Part shown: positions 11,894 to 25,200 of the stretch, in pieces
How the letters are laid out: each line of letters opens with the position of its first letter
Position numbering within the stretch: the first letter of the stretch is position 1
From: Callorhinchus milii
Lineage: Eukaryota
DNA: 64,000 nt
Reading direction: 5' to 3'
Assembly (NCBI RefSeq): GCF_018977255.1
Contig: NW_024704743.1
Coordinates: 16,246,001-16,310,000 of the forward strand
The notes under the pieces: model-generated
What the model was told of the DNA's origin: nothing
Databases searched by the model: none
What the model saw: only the letters and a program-made list of their open reading frames with translations
Program-made: the position numbers and the translations under genes

Positions 11894-12389
11894 AGAGCTC
11901 CAGGATGCTACCCCTCATGAAGAGCGCTATACAATGCAAGTTGTTGTTGTTGTCTTAAATAATGCCCGTTGGAGGATTTATGAGCAATTTAAATTACATA
12001 GCAATTCTGTCCATTTTCAGAATTAGTCTTATATGGTACGTGGTTTTGTGGTTGTATTTTTTAAATTGGTCACTCAGGTGTCTGACACATATGAAAACGC
12101 ATTATCATATTTTAGAATAATCCAATAAATAAAAGAAAAATAATATTTGGTCACTCAAACCACATTTGTTTGACATTGCTGTGCGCTATTGGGTGCCGCG
12201 TTTCACCCTCAAAATATACAGTCCATTCTGTGAAGTGCTTTGAGATGTCTCAACAATGTGATAAAGCACTGTATCAAATATCGCACCTGAAGACTTTCCT
12301 TTGACTGTGCCTACGATTACCTCCCCTCTCTCCCGGCTCGGCATCAAACTATGCCATGGTTCAGTGCTCTGAAATGCTATCATGTGTAA

Positions 12390-12755
12390 AATAATAATAA
12401 TGATCCTTGCATTTGATATAGGGCTTTTCACGTCTTCGAGATGTCTCAAAGCGCTTCATAGACTATACTGCAAAGTGAATCGACAGTATATTTGTTGATG
12501 AAACGTGGTAACCAATTGCGCACAGCAGTGTTCCACAAACAGTCGTGGATTCAGAGACCAAATTATTTATTTTCTTTTTTATTATCCCCGGAAAAGTGAT
12601 CCGCCAATTAACTAATAACCGTGTTCCTACTTACTGCTAGGTAAATAGAGGCATGTGGAGTAAGGAAACTTGCCCAACATTTTACCCTGCTGGGAATCGA
12701 ACCAGGGTCTCTCGCTTGTGAGGCGAGTGCTCTAACCACTGAGCTACAGATCTCT
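12390..12755 (-). mobile_element. tRNA-derived SINE, long form, inserted into an L2 tail
   Basis: Full head-to-tail copy; the L2 tail resumes at 12760 (gtaaaagaccatatataaatgcaagttg) with a short gtaaaa duplication. Confidence 0.88.
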
Positions 12756-13779
12756 ATAGGGTAAAAGACCATATATAAATGCAAGTTGTTATTGCTGTAA
12801 TAAGGGCTCTAGCCACCCGCTCTATTGTTGGGGGATAGATATTCTGCACTTTGTGCTTGTTGACCTTTGCACATCTATGCAGAACTTTCTCCCAACAATA
12901 GATTGGGCGGCTAGAGTCCTTATTGCAACAACATTTCCACTATTCTATTCTGGCCTGTGCCTTTCCCAAACAATATTCAGGGCCCACAGAACAGAAATCA
13001 ACATACCTTGTGCAATATTCATGCATTTCGATCTGTACCTAACCCAATAATACTTAAGCAGCTCTTATTTGAAGGAGTTAAACAACACAGCTTTTGTTGT
13101 GTGTTTGTTGCAGATATCCACTATTTTACGGGCAAGATATTCCTTCTAATCTCATGTCTCGCTTGAGGGATGTTAATTTTAAACCTATTCCATCTAGTCT
13201 GCTTTCACGGTTCAGTCATACAATTTAAACCTCTCTGATAGTGGTAGTTAAGAGTAAGTAAGCTTCCTCTCATGCACTCATACTAAGAAGTCAAGGCAAA
13301 CTTAGACCGTGGAATTTACAAAATCAACTCATGAGCAGAACTGAAGCAGCTGAGAAAATCCAGCACACTTTGCTGCTGCAGTTGAGGTAAATCAGTCTTT
13401 TCTGTTCTTTTCCTTCAATTAGAAGAAATACTATTCTTCCCCATAGAGTCCTTATTAAGGTACGTTCTGTGCGGACTGTGGAACATGGGAATCGAAGGAA
13501 GCCATTCAGCTTGTAGAACCTGCTCTGTTATTTAATTAGAATATTTCAGACCACTTAATACAATTTACATTTACATAGCACCTTTCACATTGGGAGGATG
13601 TCTCAAAGTGCTTTAGGGCGTCTTAATGCACTTAATCCCATTTCCTTGCCTGGTTCCCTCCTTTGCTTACACAATAATGTCTCAGGTTGCCACGCAGTTA
13701 ATCTAAAGATGCCACACAGTAATGACCTAAAAAAAGACTTCTGCTCAACATTGTTTTTATCCTACTGTACAAATTCTAA

Positions 13780-15430
13780 ATAACAACAACAACAAAATTA
13801 CATTTGTAGAGCGCTTTTCACGTCGGGAGGATGTCCCAAGGCGCAGGACAGACAGAGTTAAGGACCCGAGCTGTGGGTCAGGGTGGGGGAGGGTGGAGGG
13901 CAGGGAGGGAAGCAGGGAGATCCAAAGCACGGACGAAGAAGAAGGACTTGAGGTGCGTTTTGAAGGTGGCGAGGGTGGAGGCGAGACAAAGGGATTGTTG
14001 GATGGAGGGTGGGTGCAGAATGGCAGAAGGTCCGCCCGCCGATTTTGGGGCAAGCAAGGCAGGGGACATGAAGCAGGCTGGAGCCCGCTGAGCGGAGGAA
14101 GCAAACAGGGTGGTAGGGGGTTAGGAGGTCGGAGAAGTAGGGGGGAGCATGACCATGGAGGGCTTTGAAGGTGAGGACCAATCTTGAACTGTATCCTCTG
14201 TGTGATGGGAAGCCAGTGGAGTTGGGCAAGGATGGGGGTGATAGGGTCGCGGAGCCTAGTGCAGGAGAGGACACTGGCTGCAGAGTTCTGGATGATCTGC
14301 AGCCCGTGGAGGGAGGAGTTGGGGAGGCCGACAAGCAATTAGTTTGCATAGTCGAGCCTCGACGTAATGAAAGCATATATGAGGGTTTCGGCGGCCTGTG
14401 GTGTGAGATTGTGGCGGAGCCGGGCAACATTGCAAGAGGTGGGGGTAGGCAATGCGGGTCATGGCGCAGATGTGCGGTAGAAAGGATAGTTGAGGGTCAA
14501 ACAAGACCCCAAGGTTCTGGACTGGCTCAGTGAGGTGGAGTGTGCATCTGTGGATGGTGATGTTATCAGCGCCTGAGGTGTGAAGGCGCTGATGGGAGCC
14601 AATCAGGAGAGCCTCGGTCTTGTTGACATTCAACGGAAGAAAGTTACCTCTCATCCAGGACTTGATGTCTGACAGAAATTCTGGCAGGACAGCAGTGGTC
14701 CTGGAGCCAAGGGTGGAGGCAGAGAGAGAGAGTTGGGTGTCATCTGCATACATGTGGACGTTGACCCCATGTCTGCGGATGATGTCACCAAGAGGGAGCA
14801 TATAGATATTGAAGAGGAGGGGACCAAGGACAGAGCCCTGAGGAACACAGTATGAGGTGGTGCGGGGGCTAGAGGAGAAACCGTTGGAGGAGATGATGTG
14901 CAGGCAGTGTGAGAGGTATGATCTGAACCAATCAAGGACAGCGCCTTGGAGGTTGAGGAAGGGAGGAGTGTTGGTGGATGAGGATAGAGTTGTCGACAGT
15001 GTCGAAAGCAGCAGAGAGGTCAAAGAGGACGAGGAGGCAGAGGGAGCCCTGGTCGCAGATGGACAGAATGTCATTTGTCACTTTGACCAGGGCTGTTTCT
15101 GTACTAACACGGCGGCACGGAAGCCCGATTGGAGGGGTTCGAGAAGGGAGTGGCGGGAGAGGAAGGAGCGAAACTGAGAAGCAACAACTTGATCCAGGAC
15201 CTTGGATCAGAAAGGGAGGTTGGAGTTGGGCAGTATTTAGGGAGTAGAGAAGGGTCCATGGAGGGTTTTTTAAGAATAGGAATGATGACAGCGGTTTTTA
15301 ATGGGGTGGAAACAGTACCAGTGGACAGGGAGAGGTTTACGATGTCAGTGAGTAGAGGGGCAAGGAGGTGGAGCTGGGAGGTAAGGAGGGGGGTAGGGAT
15401 GGGGTCGAGGGAGCAGGTGGTGGGTTTCAT
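13780..15430 (-). mobile_element. L2-clade LINE, 5'-truncated ~1.65 kb, frameshifted reverse transcriptase
   Basis: ORF fragments [84 protein letters not shown]; tail gggacatcctcccgacgtgaaaagcgctctacaaatgtaa(ttg)n. Confidence 0.95.
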
Positions 15431-15598
15431 ATGAGTTACGTTATATAAACAAATTCCTAACAAGGTACAAGCAAAAATTGCTTTACAAGTGACTACAAAA
15501 ATGATTGCGTTGGGATGATACTTCTTGTTGGTGTCAATCTGGCTCAATTGTTAGCATTTGTAATAATCCTGTAACATATGCGGAGCTGTGTAGTGTGT

Positions 15599-15989
15599 AT
15601 GGAGTCCTGTAGAGTATTAGTTAGAGCACTTGCCTCGCAAGCAAGAGGACCTAGGTTTGATTCCTGGGCAGGGCGAAATGGTAGGCAAATTTCCTTGCTC
15701 CACCCACACACCTTTGTTCACCTCGCAGTAAGTAGGAATCTGATGGTTAGTCCATTGGCAGATCGCTTTTCTGGGGGTAATAATCCCTTCAACAATAAAT
15801 GTAAAAAAAATAAAAATTTGGTCACTCAATCCATGACTGTTTGTGGAAAAGTCTGTGGCAATTGGCTGCCGCGCGTTTCGCTCACAAAATGTACAGTCAA
15901 TTCACTTTACAGTATATTCTGTGAAGCGCTTTGAGACATCTCGAAGACGTGATAAGGCACTATATCAAATGCAAGGATTATTATTATTA
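15599..15989 (+). mobile_element. tRNA-derived SINE, long form, nested in a Deu-domain SINE
   Basis: Full copy; flanks gtgtcaatctggctcaattgttagca (15530) and tctgggtcagaaggttgtgggttcaagcccc (15993) are two halves of the older SINE head. Confidence 0.88.
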
Positions 15990-16330
15990 CTATCTGGGTC
16001 AGAAGGTTGTGGGTTCAAGCCCCACATCAACACTTGAGCTCATAGTGTAGGTTGACACCAGTACAATAGTGGGGGAAATTCATGACGTCCTTTAGATGAG
16101 ACATTAAACTGAGGACAGTAATCCTCTCTGGCTGCCTTCAAGTAGATGTCAAAAATCTCATGGCACTGTATGAAAAGAAAAGGGACTTTCTTCTGACATC
16201 CTAGAAAAAATCCTCCAGAATTGAATTGGACATTCACCTCATGGTTGGATGTGGGTCCGTGCTACGCAAAATATAGTCACTACCCTTGACAATAGTTACT
16301 AGAAAGCACTTTGGGACATTTGGTGTATTT
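15990..16330 (+). mobile_element. Deu-domain SINE (SacSINE1/AmnSINE1-like), degenerate
   Basis: gatgagacattaaactgagg...aaaatctcatggcact Deu-domain motifs (recalled consensus). Confidence 0.7.
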
Positions 16331-17202
16331 GATGACTTTTTCTTCATATACACGGAATCTCTATCGCACTGCATCTCACCACTGGTCTGGTACACACTAA
16401 AAGCTAACCACCAATATGCAGTGCTTAATGTCTGACTGAATTCTATAGAATACCAAAAGCTGTCTGGAATAGATCAATACAAAGTACTGTTTTAAAAGCT
16501 TTGCACCAAAGCCCTTCTGTGTACAGGTTACCCAGTATGAATTTGCAGACGTTATCCAAATGAAATTCATCCTGACACATATCTAGTGTTAGCCACTTGA
16601 CTCTCTCAAGCTCTACTCTGGACTGGGATACCCATGACCCAAGTAAACACTGCAGAGGTAGTGTTCGACAACTAGAATTAGGGTCTACCTCAACAACTAC
16701 AACAACCACAAAATTACAGTGTACAACACTTGCACTTATGCAAACTTTTATGTAGGAGAACGTCTCAAAGCCCATTACAGAGATGGAGTGGGCGACCGAG
16801 CTGGGTGGGAGATAGGGGATTTAGAAAGCAGGGACACAGTTGCTGGTAGCTCGCCCATAGATGGTGGGTTGGGGAACTGTTACTGTTTTCATCTTGTTGG
16901 CTGGTTTAGAGCAATTCCTGAGTTTGGATGTCTCACAATTTGAAGAGGATTATTTGCATAGGACAATCCCCTCATTGTGCAATGGGTACTGCATTATTAC
17001 TGTTGAGTCATTCCTATACTGTGTTAATAGCTGCAGTTCCAAATAGATATTTGATATTTTTAAAGGTTTGAAGAAATAGAGAGGTACAATTTGTGGTATT
17101 CCTTGTTTAAATTATCACCCACTGGGTGGCAGCACATGCCTCAAGGTAAATGGCATCTTTTCAGCTCCCAGTACCTGGCATTTTTTGGTATCTATAATAA
17201 TA

Positions 17203-17390
17203 TAATAATCTTTGCATTTGAGCAGCCTTATCACGTCTTTGAGACGTCTCAAAATGCTTCACAGAATATACTGCAAAGTGAACTGACTGTATATTTTGTG
17301 GGCAAAGCATGGCAGCCAATTGCGCACAGTAGTGTCCCACAAACAGTCATGGATTGAGTGACCAAATTATTATTATTATTATTATTATCA
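17203..17390 (-). mobile_element. SINE 3' half
   Basis: Matches the shared SINE body and tail. Confidence 0.8.
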
Positions 17391-17849
17391 TCTGAGGCGT
17401 CTAGTTTTCTTTTGTATATATTAGACCCTACATCGGATGACAAGCTAGTTTCCCTGTAAGATATCTACGTTCTAGCGATGATCTGCTGGGGAGGGAACCA
17501 AAACTCAGACTCTTCTCAGGCGAAAATATTTAAAGGCAGGACTGGAGACTTCAGGCCTTGGTTGCTCATTACAGTGCAATGTTATGTTTTGATATGTAGC
17601 TAATCTGTGTTGCTCTACTTCACATTCCAGGTATGAGATAGAGAGAGAAAGGTAGAGAGAGAGAGTGAGAGGCTCGCGTTCTGGCTGTGAGATAGAGTGA
17701 GTGGTTTCACCTGCAAAAGATACAGTCAATTCACTTTACAGTATATTCTGTGAAGCGTTTTGAGATGTCTCAAAAATGCGATAAGGCATGATATCAAATG
17801 CAAGGTTTATTATTATTAGAGAGATAATAATTATTATTATTGGGTGTGA

Positions 17850-18000
17850 GACAGACAGGGTGTGTGGATAGGTAGTTTGCAGTTAGGTAGGTAGGTAGGT
17901 AGGTAGTTGGTATGTAGATAGGTAGGTAGGTAGCTAGATAGACAGACAGACAGGTAGGCAGGCAGACAGATAGATAGAAAGAAACAAAGAGAGAGAGGAT
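17850..18000. repeat. (GGTA)n/(GACA)n/(GATA)n compound microsatellite
   Basis: Directly visible tetranucleotide runs. Confidence 0.85.
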
Positions 18001-18937
18001 AATTTTCTTGGTGTGAGTTTTTGTTAGACATCAGGCTTCAGAAGAAGAGCTATCGCCCATACGTTGACCTTTCTTTCAGTTTCAGCTGCCAGTTTAATCT
18101 GCTGTATATTTCCAAGCATTTTGTGTTCATATTTTGGATTTCTGCTATTCACATTATTTTTCTTTTCACCTCACTGGATTCAATACCTCTGCTCCTGCAA
18201 TCCATACCATTATTTGTCTTTTGTACTTCAGACAAACGTGGGGTGACATGTGGCATCATCCAAATTGTGCCGCGCTGTCTGACATTATTTGAAAGAAACA
18301 GTGACCAATGTCTTGAGATCCTGCAATCGTCAGCTGCTCTGATAGTGGCCTGGCCCTTCGTATAACTCCCACCGCACAACCTTTTGTGCTTCCAGATTCT
18401 CTGATCAAATCTCAGCTTCATTCATTTTCCTGCCTTTTGAGTAGTGATGGTTTAGTCTGAAATATGTCTGACTCCATGACTCCACAGGCAGATTACATCG
18501 TATTTCATTACTGTATTTACTGTATTACTGTATTTCATTGGCCTCTACCTCCCCCTACATTAGATAGACCTTATACTTGAAGAGCAGTGAGTAGAAATGA
18601 AAGTTTACTCCTCCTTAGGAGAGTAATATGTTTTCTGCAAACCACTCTTTGCCTCACTCTTTTCCTCTTGACAGCTAATACTTTCTACTGCACCCCGGCT
18701 ACCATCCACATGTTATTGATGGTAAGACATTCATTGCAAGGCTCTGCTCTCAACATTTCTATAATAATGTCTTCAAAGCTAAACAAACTCAGGATTTTAC
18801 AGAAACAAAGTTGTAACTGAACTTTTTCGGTGGAGACTTTGTGGTGGCCATTTATGTAGGGCTACGCTTTCCCCGAGCCTTGTTTATTTTTCACACTTGC
18901 TGCACACACACAGAATGCTGTCCTACCTATTGAGATA

Positions 18938-19235
18938 AGTGTCAGCCTGGTCGGTAGCATTCTCACCTCTGAGCCAGCAGGTTGTGGGTTTAAGCGTCAC
19001 GTCAGGATTTTAAACTCAATCCTTTGGATGAGACGTTAAATCAATGTCCCGTCTACTGTTCAGATGGATGTTAAAGATCCCATGACACTATTCGAAAAGG
19101 GAAGTGAGTTTCTCAGTGTCCTGACCAACAATCGGCCAAATAAGATCGGTCACTCACTCCATGACTGTTTACGGGACACTGATGTGTACAAATTGGTTGC
19201 CTCATTTGCCTACAAGTCACTACATTTCACAGTAA
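18938..19235 (+). mobile_element. Deu-domain SINE
   Basis: gtcagcctggtcggtagcattctcacctctgag head; ggatgagacgttaaatc...aaagatcccatgacactattcgaa Deu domain. Confidence 0.75.
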
Positions 19236-19465
19236 AAATAAATCCTGTGTGGTTAGAATCCCTTTAGAAATCCCACATTTTACATCCAAAGCTCTATTCC
19301 AATCTGTGACTCCTACAGAGTATTTCACAATCTGCCTCCCACTCAGTCACCTGATTCTCCCAATTGTTAATCTGTTAAACTTCTTTAACTTATTATTTAT
19401 AAAAAGTTGCAGGTATTTAATTGAGTTTATAAATAGTGTGTGTTGTATTTTGCACACACAATTTC

Positions 19466-19849
19466 AATAATAACAACAATAATAATCCTTGCATTTGATA
19501 TAGCGCCTTATCACGTCTTCGAGAGGTCTCAAAGCACTTCACAGAATATACTGTAAAGTGAATTGACTGTATATTTTGTGGGTGAAAAACGGCAGCCAAT
19601 TGTGCACAGCAGCGTCCCACAGTCATGGATTGAGTGACCAATTTATTTATTTACTTATTTTTTTGGAAGAAATTATTACCCCTGGAAAAGGGATCTGCCA
19701 AACGACTAATGACTGGGTTCCTACTTACTATTAGATAAACAGATACGTGTGGAGTAAGGAAACTTGCCCAACATTTTGCCCTGCCGGGAATCGAACCCAG
19801 AGCGCTCACTTGCGAGGCGAGTGCTCTAACCAGTGAGCTACACGACTCC
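19466..19849 (-). mobile_element. tRNA-derived SINE, long form, full length
   Basis: Complete head (CGC anticodon-like loop), body and tail; short acaatt duplication in the flanks. Confidence 0.9.
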
Positions 19850-20042
19850 TGTAACAATTATGTTATTTGTTACTCTCCATTATATCACAATCACTACATA
19901 AGTGTGTTCTGAGGTAACCATTCTATCACTGTTTTCCTGAAGGACGTCCTCTACTCCAATACTTGTTCACGACTGTCTTTACTTTCCCCTGTTGATCTGA
20001 GCTGTCCTGGAAGTGTATGAATAACGTCAGTCACTATATCTA

Positions 20043-20135
20043 TTGTCTGTCTGTCTGTCTGCCTGTCTGTCTGTCTGTATCTGTGTATGTATGTCTCTGT
20101 GTGTCTTTATGTCTGTACGTAAGTATGTATGTATA
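20043..20135. repeat. (TGTC)n/(TGTA)n microsatellite
   Basis: Directly visible. Confidence 0.8.
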
Positions 20136-21059
20136 GCTCCTGTTGATCCTGCAAGTCAAAGCTCTCGTATCAGACCAGCCACCAGGTGACCGAAAAATAA
20201 TTAAATGGTAGCTACTGTTCATGACAGTGTGCACCACTGGGAAGGTGATCTGAAGCCTGACTTCTGTGAAGTGAGAAGTTAGATGCAGAGAACAGAATAC
20301 AGAATACTTTCAAGTGGCCACTGAGGCCGAGGCCGCAAAAAACCTTTAAAAGTGAATTATATAAGTAGATGAGATCCGGTTTAACATCTTATCCAAAGAA
20401 CGTACACCATTTGTCAGGACCAGACTGACTTGTCAGCTGACACTCTGAGTTCAGGTTCCAGCTCCAGCAGAGCTTAAACCCAAACGGGTTTGACCCAGAG
20501 GCTGTCTTGCTAACAACTGAGCCAACCCGAGAAGTCCCGTGATACAGCTGACAACATGATGCCTATAAATGATGCATGTGCGTCTTTGAAGTTAAAGGCA
20601 TTCCCCCTTTGCAATAGTTTCTCCTTGCCAATACATCTATGTGATTTGTACTCAGTTAAATTGAAGAGACAAGGTTGTACAAGTCTGTCCTCTCCCTACT
20701 CCGGAGTAAGGGAGTGTGTTGTGGAACTGGTGTACTTACAGAGTTATGTAGAGTGATACATATGGAAACAGGACATTCAGCCTGACTGTTGGACTGCCTG
20801 GGCAGCGCTAACACCAGTTGCTTGGGATTTCTTTCATTTCGCTTTGATGGCATTTAAATGCATTTAAGATGGAGTTCTCATCACCCTTTTGGATGAGTAA
20901 TAAAGCCTTCAGGCTGAAGGAGGATCTCTATTCCTTGGGCTTCCCTGCAGTCTTTGACAGAGTTTGCAAGGTGAAAATCTGGGAGTCATCGACAGTCATG
21001 AGTGATGTGGCCATTGGTTTATAGGAAAAGTCTTCTGATACTTTATGGCTACATGGCTA

Positions 21060-21990
21060 TGACGGAATCCATCCTCCTCAGCTCCTGCTTCCATCTCCTC
21101 TCTTCCAGCTCTGACCTCCTCAACTTCTATAGCCTCTCTCAAACTCTCCCAATTGGTTATTTGGTTAAGCTCGGTGTCCAGTTCGGCTTTTCTTTCTCTC
21201 TCACACCCCAACTCACCACGGTCACCTTCTTTCACCTCTGCCACAGGTGCACAGGTGTACCCCCCCGACCAGGTACCGACCCCCCCCCCCTCGCCCTCTT
21301 CCCCCCCCCGTCTCCCCCTCTCCCCCTCCGTCTCCCCCTCTCCCCCTCCGTCTCTCCCTCTCCCCCTCCCTCTCTCCCCCCCTCTCCCTCCCACTCACTC
21401 TCTCGCTCTCCTTCAGTACAGCAACAACATCCGCCAACTGCTTCACAACTTCCCCCCCGACCAGGTACCGACCCCCCCCACACCACCCCCCCACCACCCC
21501 TCTCCCTCTCCCCCTCCGTCTCCCCCTCTCCCTCTCCCTCTCCCCCTCCGTCTCCCCCTCTCCCTCTCCCCCTCCCTCTCCCCCTCCCTCTCCCTCCCAC
21601 TCACTCTCTCGCTCTCCTTCAGTACAGCAACAACATCCGCCAACTGCTTCACAACGTCCCCCCCCGACCAGGTACCGACCCCCCCACACCACCCCCACCA
21701 CCTCCCTCCCTCTCCCCCTCCGTCTCCCCCTCTCTCCCTCCCACTCACTCTCTCGCTCTCCTTCAGTACAGCAACAACATCCGCCAACTGCTTCACAACG
21801 TCCCCCCCCCCGACCAGATACCAAACCCCCACACACGCACCACCCCCCACCCCTCTCCTTCCCCCTCCCTCCCTCTCCCACTCCATCCTTGCCTTGCACC
21901 CAATGATGCTGAAACACTGACTCATGCTTTTGTCCCATCCCACTTTGACATTTCTTACACAATCCTTGCCTCTCCCTCATCCATCATTCA
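21060..21990 (+). mobile_element. Old L2 fragment interrupted by a minisatellite
   Basis: Left part encodes KLGVQFG.SFSLTPQL...FFHL and right part NDAETLTHAFVPSHFD; these correspond to the L2 ORF2 LGV.FD..LSF and AETLIHAFVTSRLD motifs. Confidence 0.65.
21260..21890. repeat. C/T-rich minisatellite, three units plus a partial fourth
   Basis: cgaccag unit starts at ~21266, 21458, 21665 and 21811; three identical cores ctcccactcactctctcgctctccttcagtacagcaacaacatccgccaactgcttcacaac separated by variable ctcccc runs. Confidence 0.92.
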
Positions 21991-22011
21991 GATGGTATTT
22001 TGTCTTTGGAT

Positions 22012-22283
22012 AAGATATTAAACCGAGATCCCATCTGCCTGTTCAGGTGCATTTAAAGATGCCTTGGCACTTTTCCAAAAGAGACGGAAGTTTCTCCCGG
22101 TGTCCTACCAATATTCCCGCAAATAAAATTGGTCACTTATTTCACAGCAGTTTGTGGGACTTTCCATGTGTAATTGTGCTGCCACATTTGCCTACAAGTA
22201 CACAATCACTCCATTTCATGGCAATTCCCATGAAGTGCTTTGAGATATCCTTCCGAAGTGATACAAGGCACTATACCAAATGC
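22012..22283 (+). mobile_element. Deu-domain SINE, 5'-truncated
   Basis: ggataagatattaaaccgagatccc...aaagatgccttggcactt; shared 3' body and tail. Confidence 0.7.
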
Positions 22284-25200
22284 AAGGATCATTATAATTA
22301 TTATTGTTCAAATGCTGCAACTCAGCCAAAAGTCCACCGCCCACACCATCAGCTGTACCAAACTCTACACGCCCATCATCTCAGTCCTCGTCAAACTCCA
22401 CTGTCTCCCTGTCTCCTCGTGGGTCAATTTCAAGTTCCGCACCCTCACCAACAAATCCATCCACTCCCTACCACTTCGAATAATAATCCTTGCATTTAAT
22501 ATAGTACCTTATCAAGTTGTCGAGATGTCTCAAAGCACTTCACAGGATTTTACTGTCTGGTATTAGGCTGGGGGCAACTGTATTCAAGTTAACAATGGGT
22601 TGAATTTTAGAAATGCCCTAAATTATTTTTATAACTAGATGTTTTCAAATTTGAGACTTGTCCAACATTTCTGGATGTTGTAGGATTTTGCTTTATGTAA
22701 AATGACTGCTATGTTTGTCGAAAAATACAGTTACTGCACTTGACAGTCATTACCTGTGAAGCACTTTCAGATGTTTTGTCATTAGAGCCACTATATTTAA
22801 TTCAAGCACTACATTAAATCCAAACACTAAAATATATGGAGATCCTTCCAGGTTAGGGCTAATTCTGCAGTGTTGGGGTCATGTACCATGCACTGTAGAT
22901 GACCCAACATCGGTACTGAATGCAAAGAAATGTTNAAAAACATTTTATTTCCCTTGTGTAGCCAACTGCTGTCTTAAGGGCCACCCCATCTCCCAGCAAC
23001 AGCAACTCAGAGAGGAGACACTATTGAGAAGGGAGACGAAAAGTGCTACACATGAGAACATGAACAAAGCTTTGATCTGTGGAAGGAGGGAAAGCAGATT
23101 TCAGCTGGTGTGAATAAATAAAATAGGTTACACTAGATGTCTGGACTGTTTTGCTAACCTATTTTTAAACTAACCTCCTAATTAAACTAACCTCCTGTTT
23201 AAACTGATATCGTGTTTAAACCTGACTGGTTTTGATTTTAAAGAAAAATCAATGAACACTTAAAATATTTTTGACTGCTGCCCCGCTCCCTGGATGGATT
23301 GAATAATGACTTTATTGTCTTAATTTCGTCCACAAAATAAATAGTCAATTTCTCCCACAAAATACACAGTCAATTCACTTTATGGTATATTCTGTGAAGC
23401 ACTTTGAGATGTCTCAACGACGTGATAAGACGCTACATCAAATGCAAGGATTATTATTATTTAATTGTAAGTGAGAATAAATGATTGTCATGATCAGGAT
23501 GTGTGACCTTACAGTGGTTCCCAATGACTACAGTAGGAAATAAGTCTTGGAGTTCTTTCCTATTGACAATGGTTCTGGTTGTTCCAATTATTTGAAAAAA
23601 CTAGAAATAAAATGTCACAAACAAAATTGGAGGACTTCAGTTTCTATAAAGAGACGACTTGCTCTTTGAACCATATATCAGGCAGAAGATTCCTTGAAGG
23701 GGAATGGAAGGCANTTTTTTTTCCGATTGCACTCCAACCACATACTGAAAAAAAATCACATCACTAACAGTTAAGGCACTCTCGAAACTGAGCTCTTGGT
23801 CTGTAAACACTACACTTTTAGATTTCTCCTGGTGTCTGACACTTTGACACAGCATTATAATGCTCCATGAATTATATATAATTGCCACCGTAAAATAAGG
23901 GTCCCGATCTTACTTAAAATACTAAGGCTGGAAATCCAATGAGACCTGACAGAGCTACCAGCTCATTTTCCATACATCATGGACCAAAAGCAGCAAACCT
24001 GTTCTAAAAGCGAAAATTCTGTCACAAAATTATCTAAATCGACTGCGGATCAAAGTCAGTTCTTGTGTTTCCTCAAGCAGAGATAGCAAGACATGTGGAG
24101 AGAGGAACAAAAGGAAACAAAGAAAGGAAAACAAAGTCAAGGGGAATAACTATTGGCCCCTAGTGGACTTATTATATGACTAGACTCCAGGTAACAATAT
24201 TCTTTTACTATGGTACTTCATAAATTCTGTCATCCTTGTTAGGATTGTCAAGACCACTGACCTCAGTTTTCCTCTAACAAGGCAGCCGCACAGTATCTCC
24301 TACATTAGGCTGACTCCGTTTTACCCAACTCTGAAACAAGTCCTAGCTTTCTAACGAATTAAACAGGCTCTAATTTTTTTTCCCAAAATCGCCCATAATT
24401 CAGTCACGGTAGTTTAGAAACACTTTGAGATGTTTTGACGATGTAATAAGGTGCTATATCAAATGCACGCATTTTTACTATTATTTTTCATTAAAAAATA
24501 CTGGATTAATCCCTCAGGTGAATCACACTGTGCAAGATCACTAATCGCTATAAGCCGTTCTGTGTTAAATATGTTTCCTTGAACAATGGCAGCTCAATTT
24601 TTTTTACAATGTTATGAAGCGTAATTTGCCAATGCTGAATAAAATGAAGCACAATGTAATCATAAGAAAAACACATCATAAATCTACCTTACACTGAGTT
24701 GGACTTGTTTAAGTTCTGAAATCTATCAACGTTTGATCTTGTGACCACTGTAAGTGTTTTCTAAATATGAGGCGTTTGTAACAGCCAAATAAACCAGGGA
24801 AAGGACACAAAGAGGGTAAAATGATTTTATTTTTATAGCTTTGTTTTTTCGTACATCCTGACGTATATAATCTACAGATATTTATCCGCCCAGGAATAAT
24901 TACCTACATGCCCAGCTGTCTTGGGGTACCATGCAGTTTAACATGTGAGAATTTGAAAATACAATTCTGTGAGTCAAATGTGACTGGTATGGCTATAATT
25001 CTTTATGAAAGAGCAGGTAAGATTGATTGTCAGGGGTTGAAAGAGTAGGTCAAGCTCTGCTCGTTCATCAGCTGAATGTCATTTTTGTTTTCACTGTCAC
25101 CAGACACGTATCTTTAAAGAAATAGCAACTCTTTCCTCATTAGCCAGGATTCAGCTACCTTCCTGCCATCTAGTATTAATGAAACCGCGCTCCCAGTCTG

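Noticed and set aside
14256..15074. 272-aa reverse-transcriptase ORF as a functional or novel RT system
   Set aside because: It is a frameshifted, 5'-truncated L2 copy with no endonuclease domain or ORF1 in view.
17505..17729. Possible cryptic minus-strand exon after tcttttgcag
   Set aside because: No matching donor was found, the content is a GA microsatellite, and there is no similarity to POU6F2.
21260..21890. CRISPR-like repeat-spacer pattern
   Set aside because: The context is eukaryotic, the spacers are related low-complexity runs, the repeats are too long and there are no cas genes.
20996..22021. Long overlapping Pro-rich and Gly-rich ORFs (up to 339 aa)
   Set aside because: They arise from a stop-poor C-rich minisatellite and are open in nearly all frames; there is no gene structure.
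22935..23714. Two single N bases (22935, 23714)
   Set aside because: Assembly ambiguities next to homopolymers, not biology.
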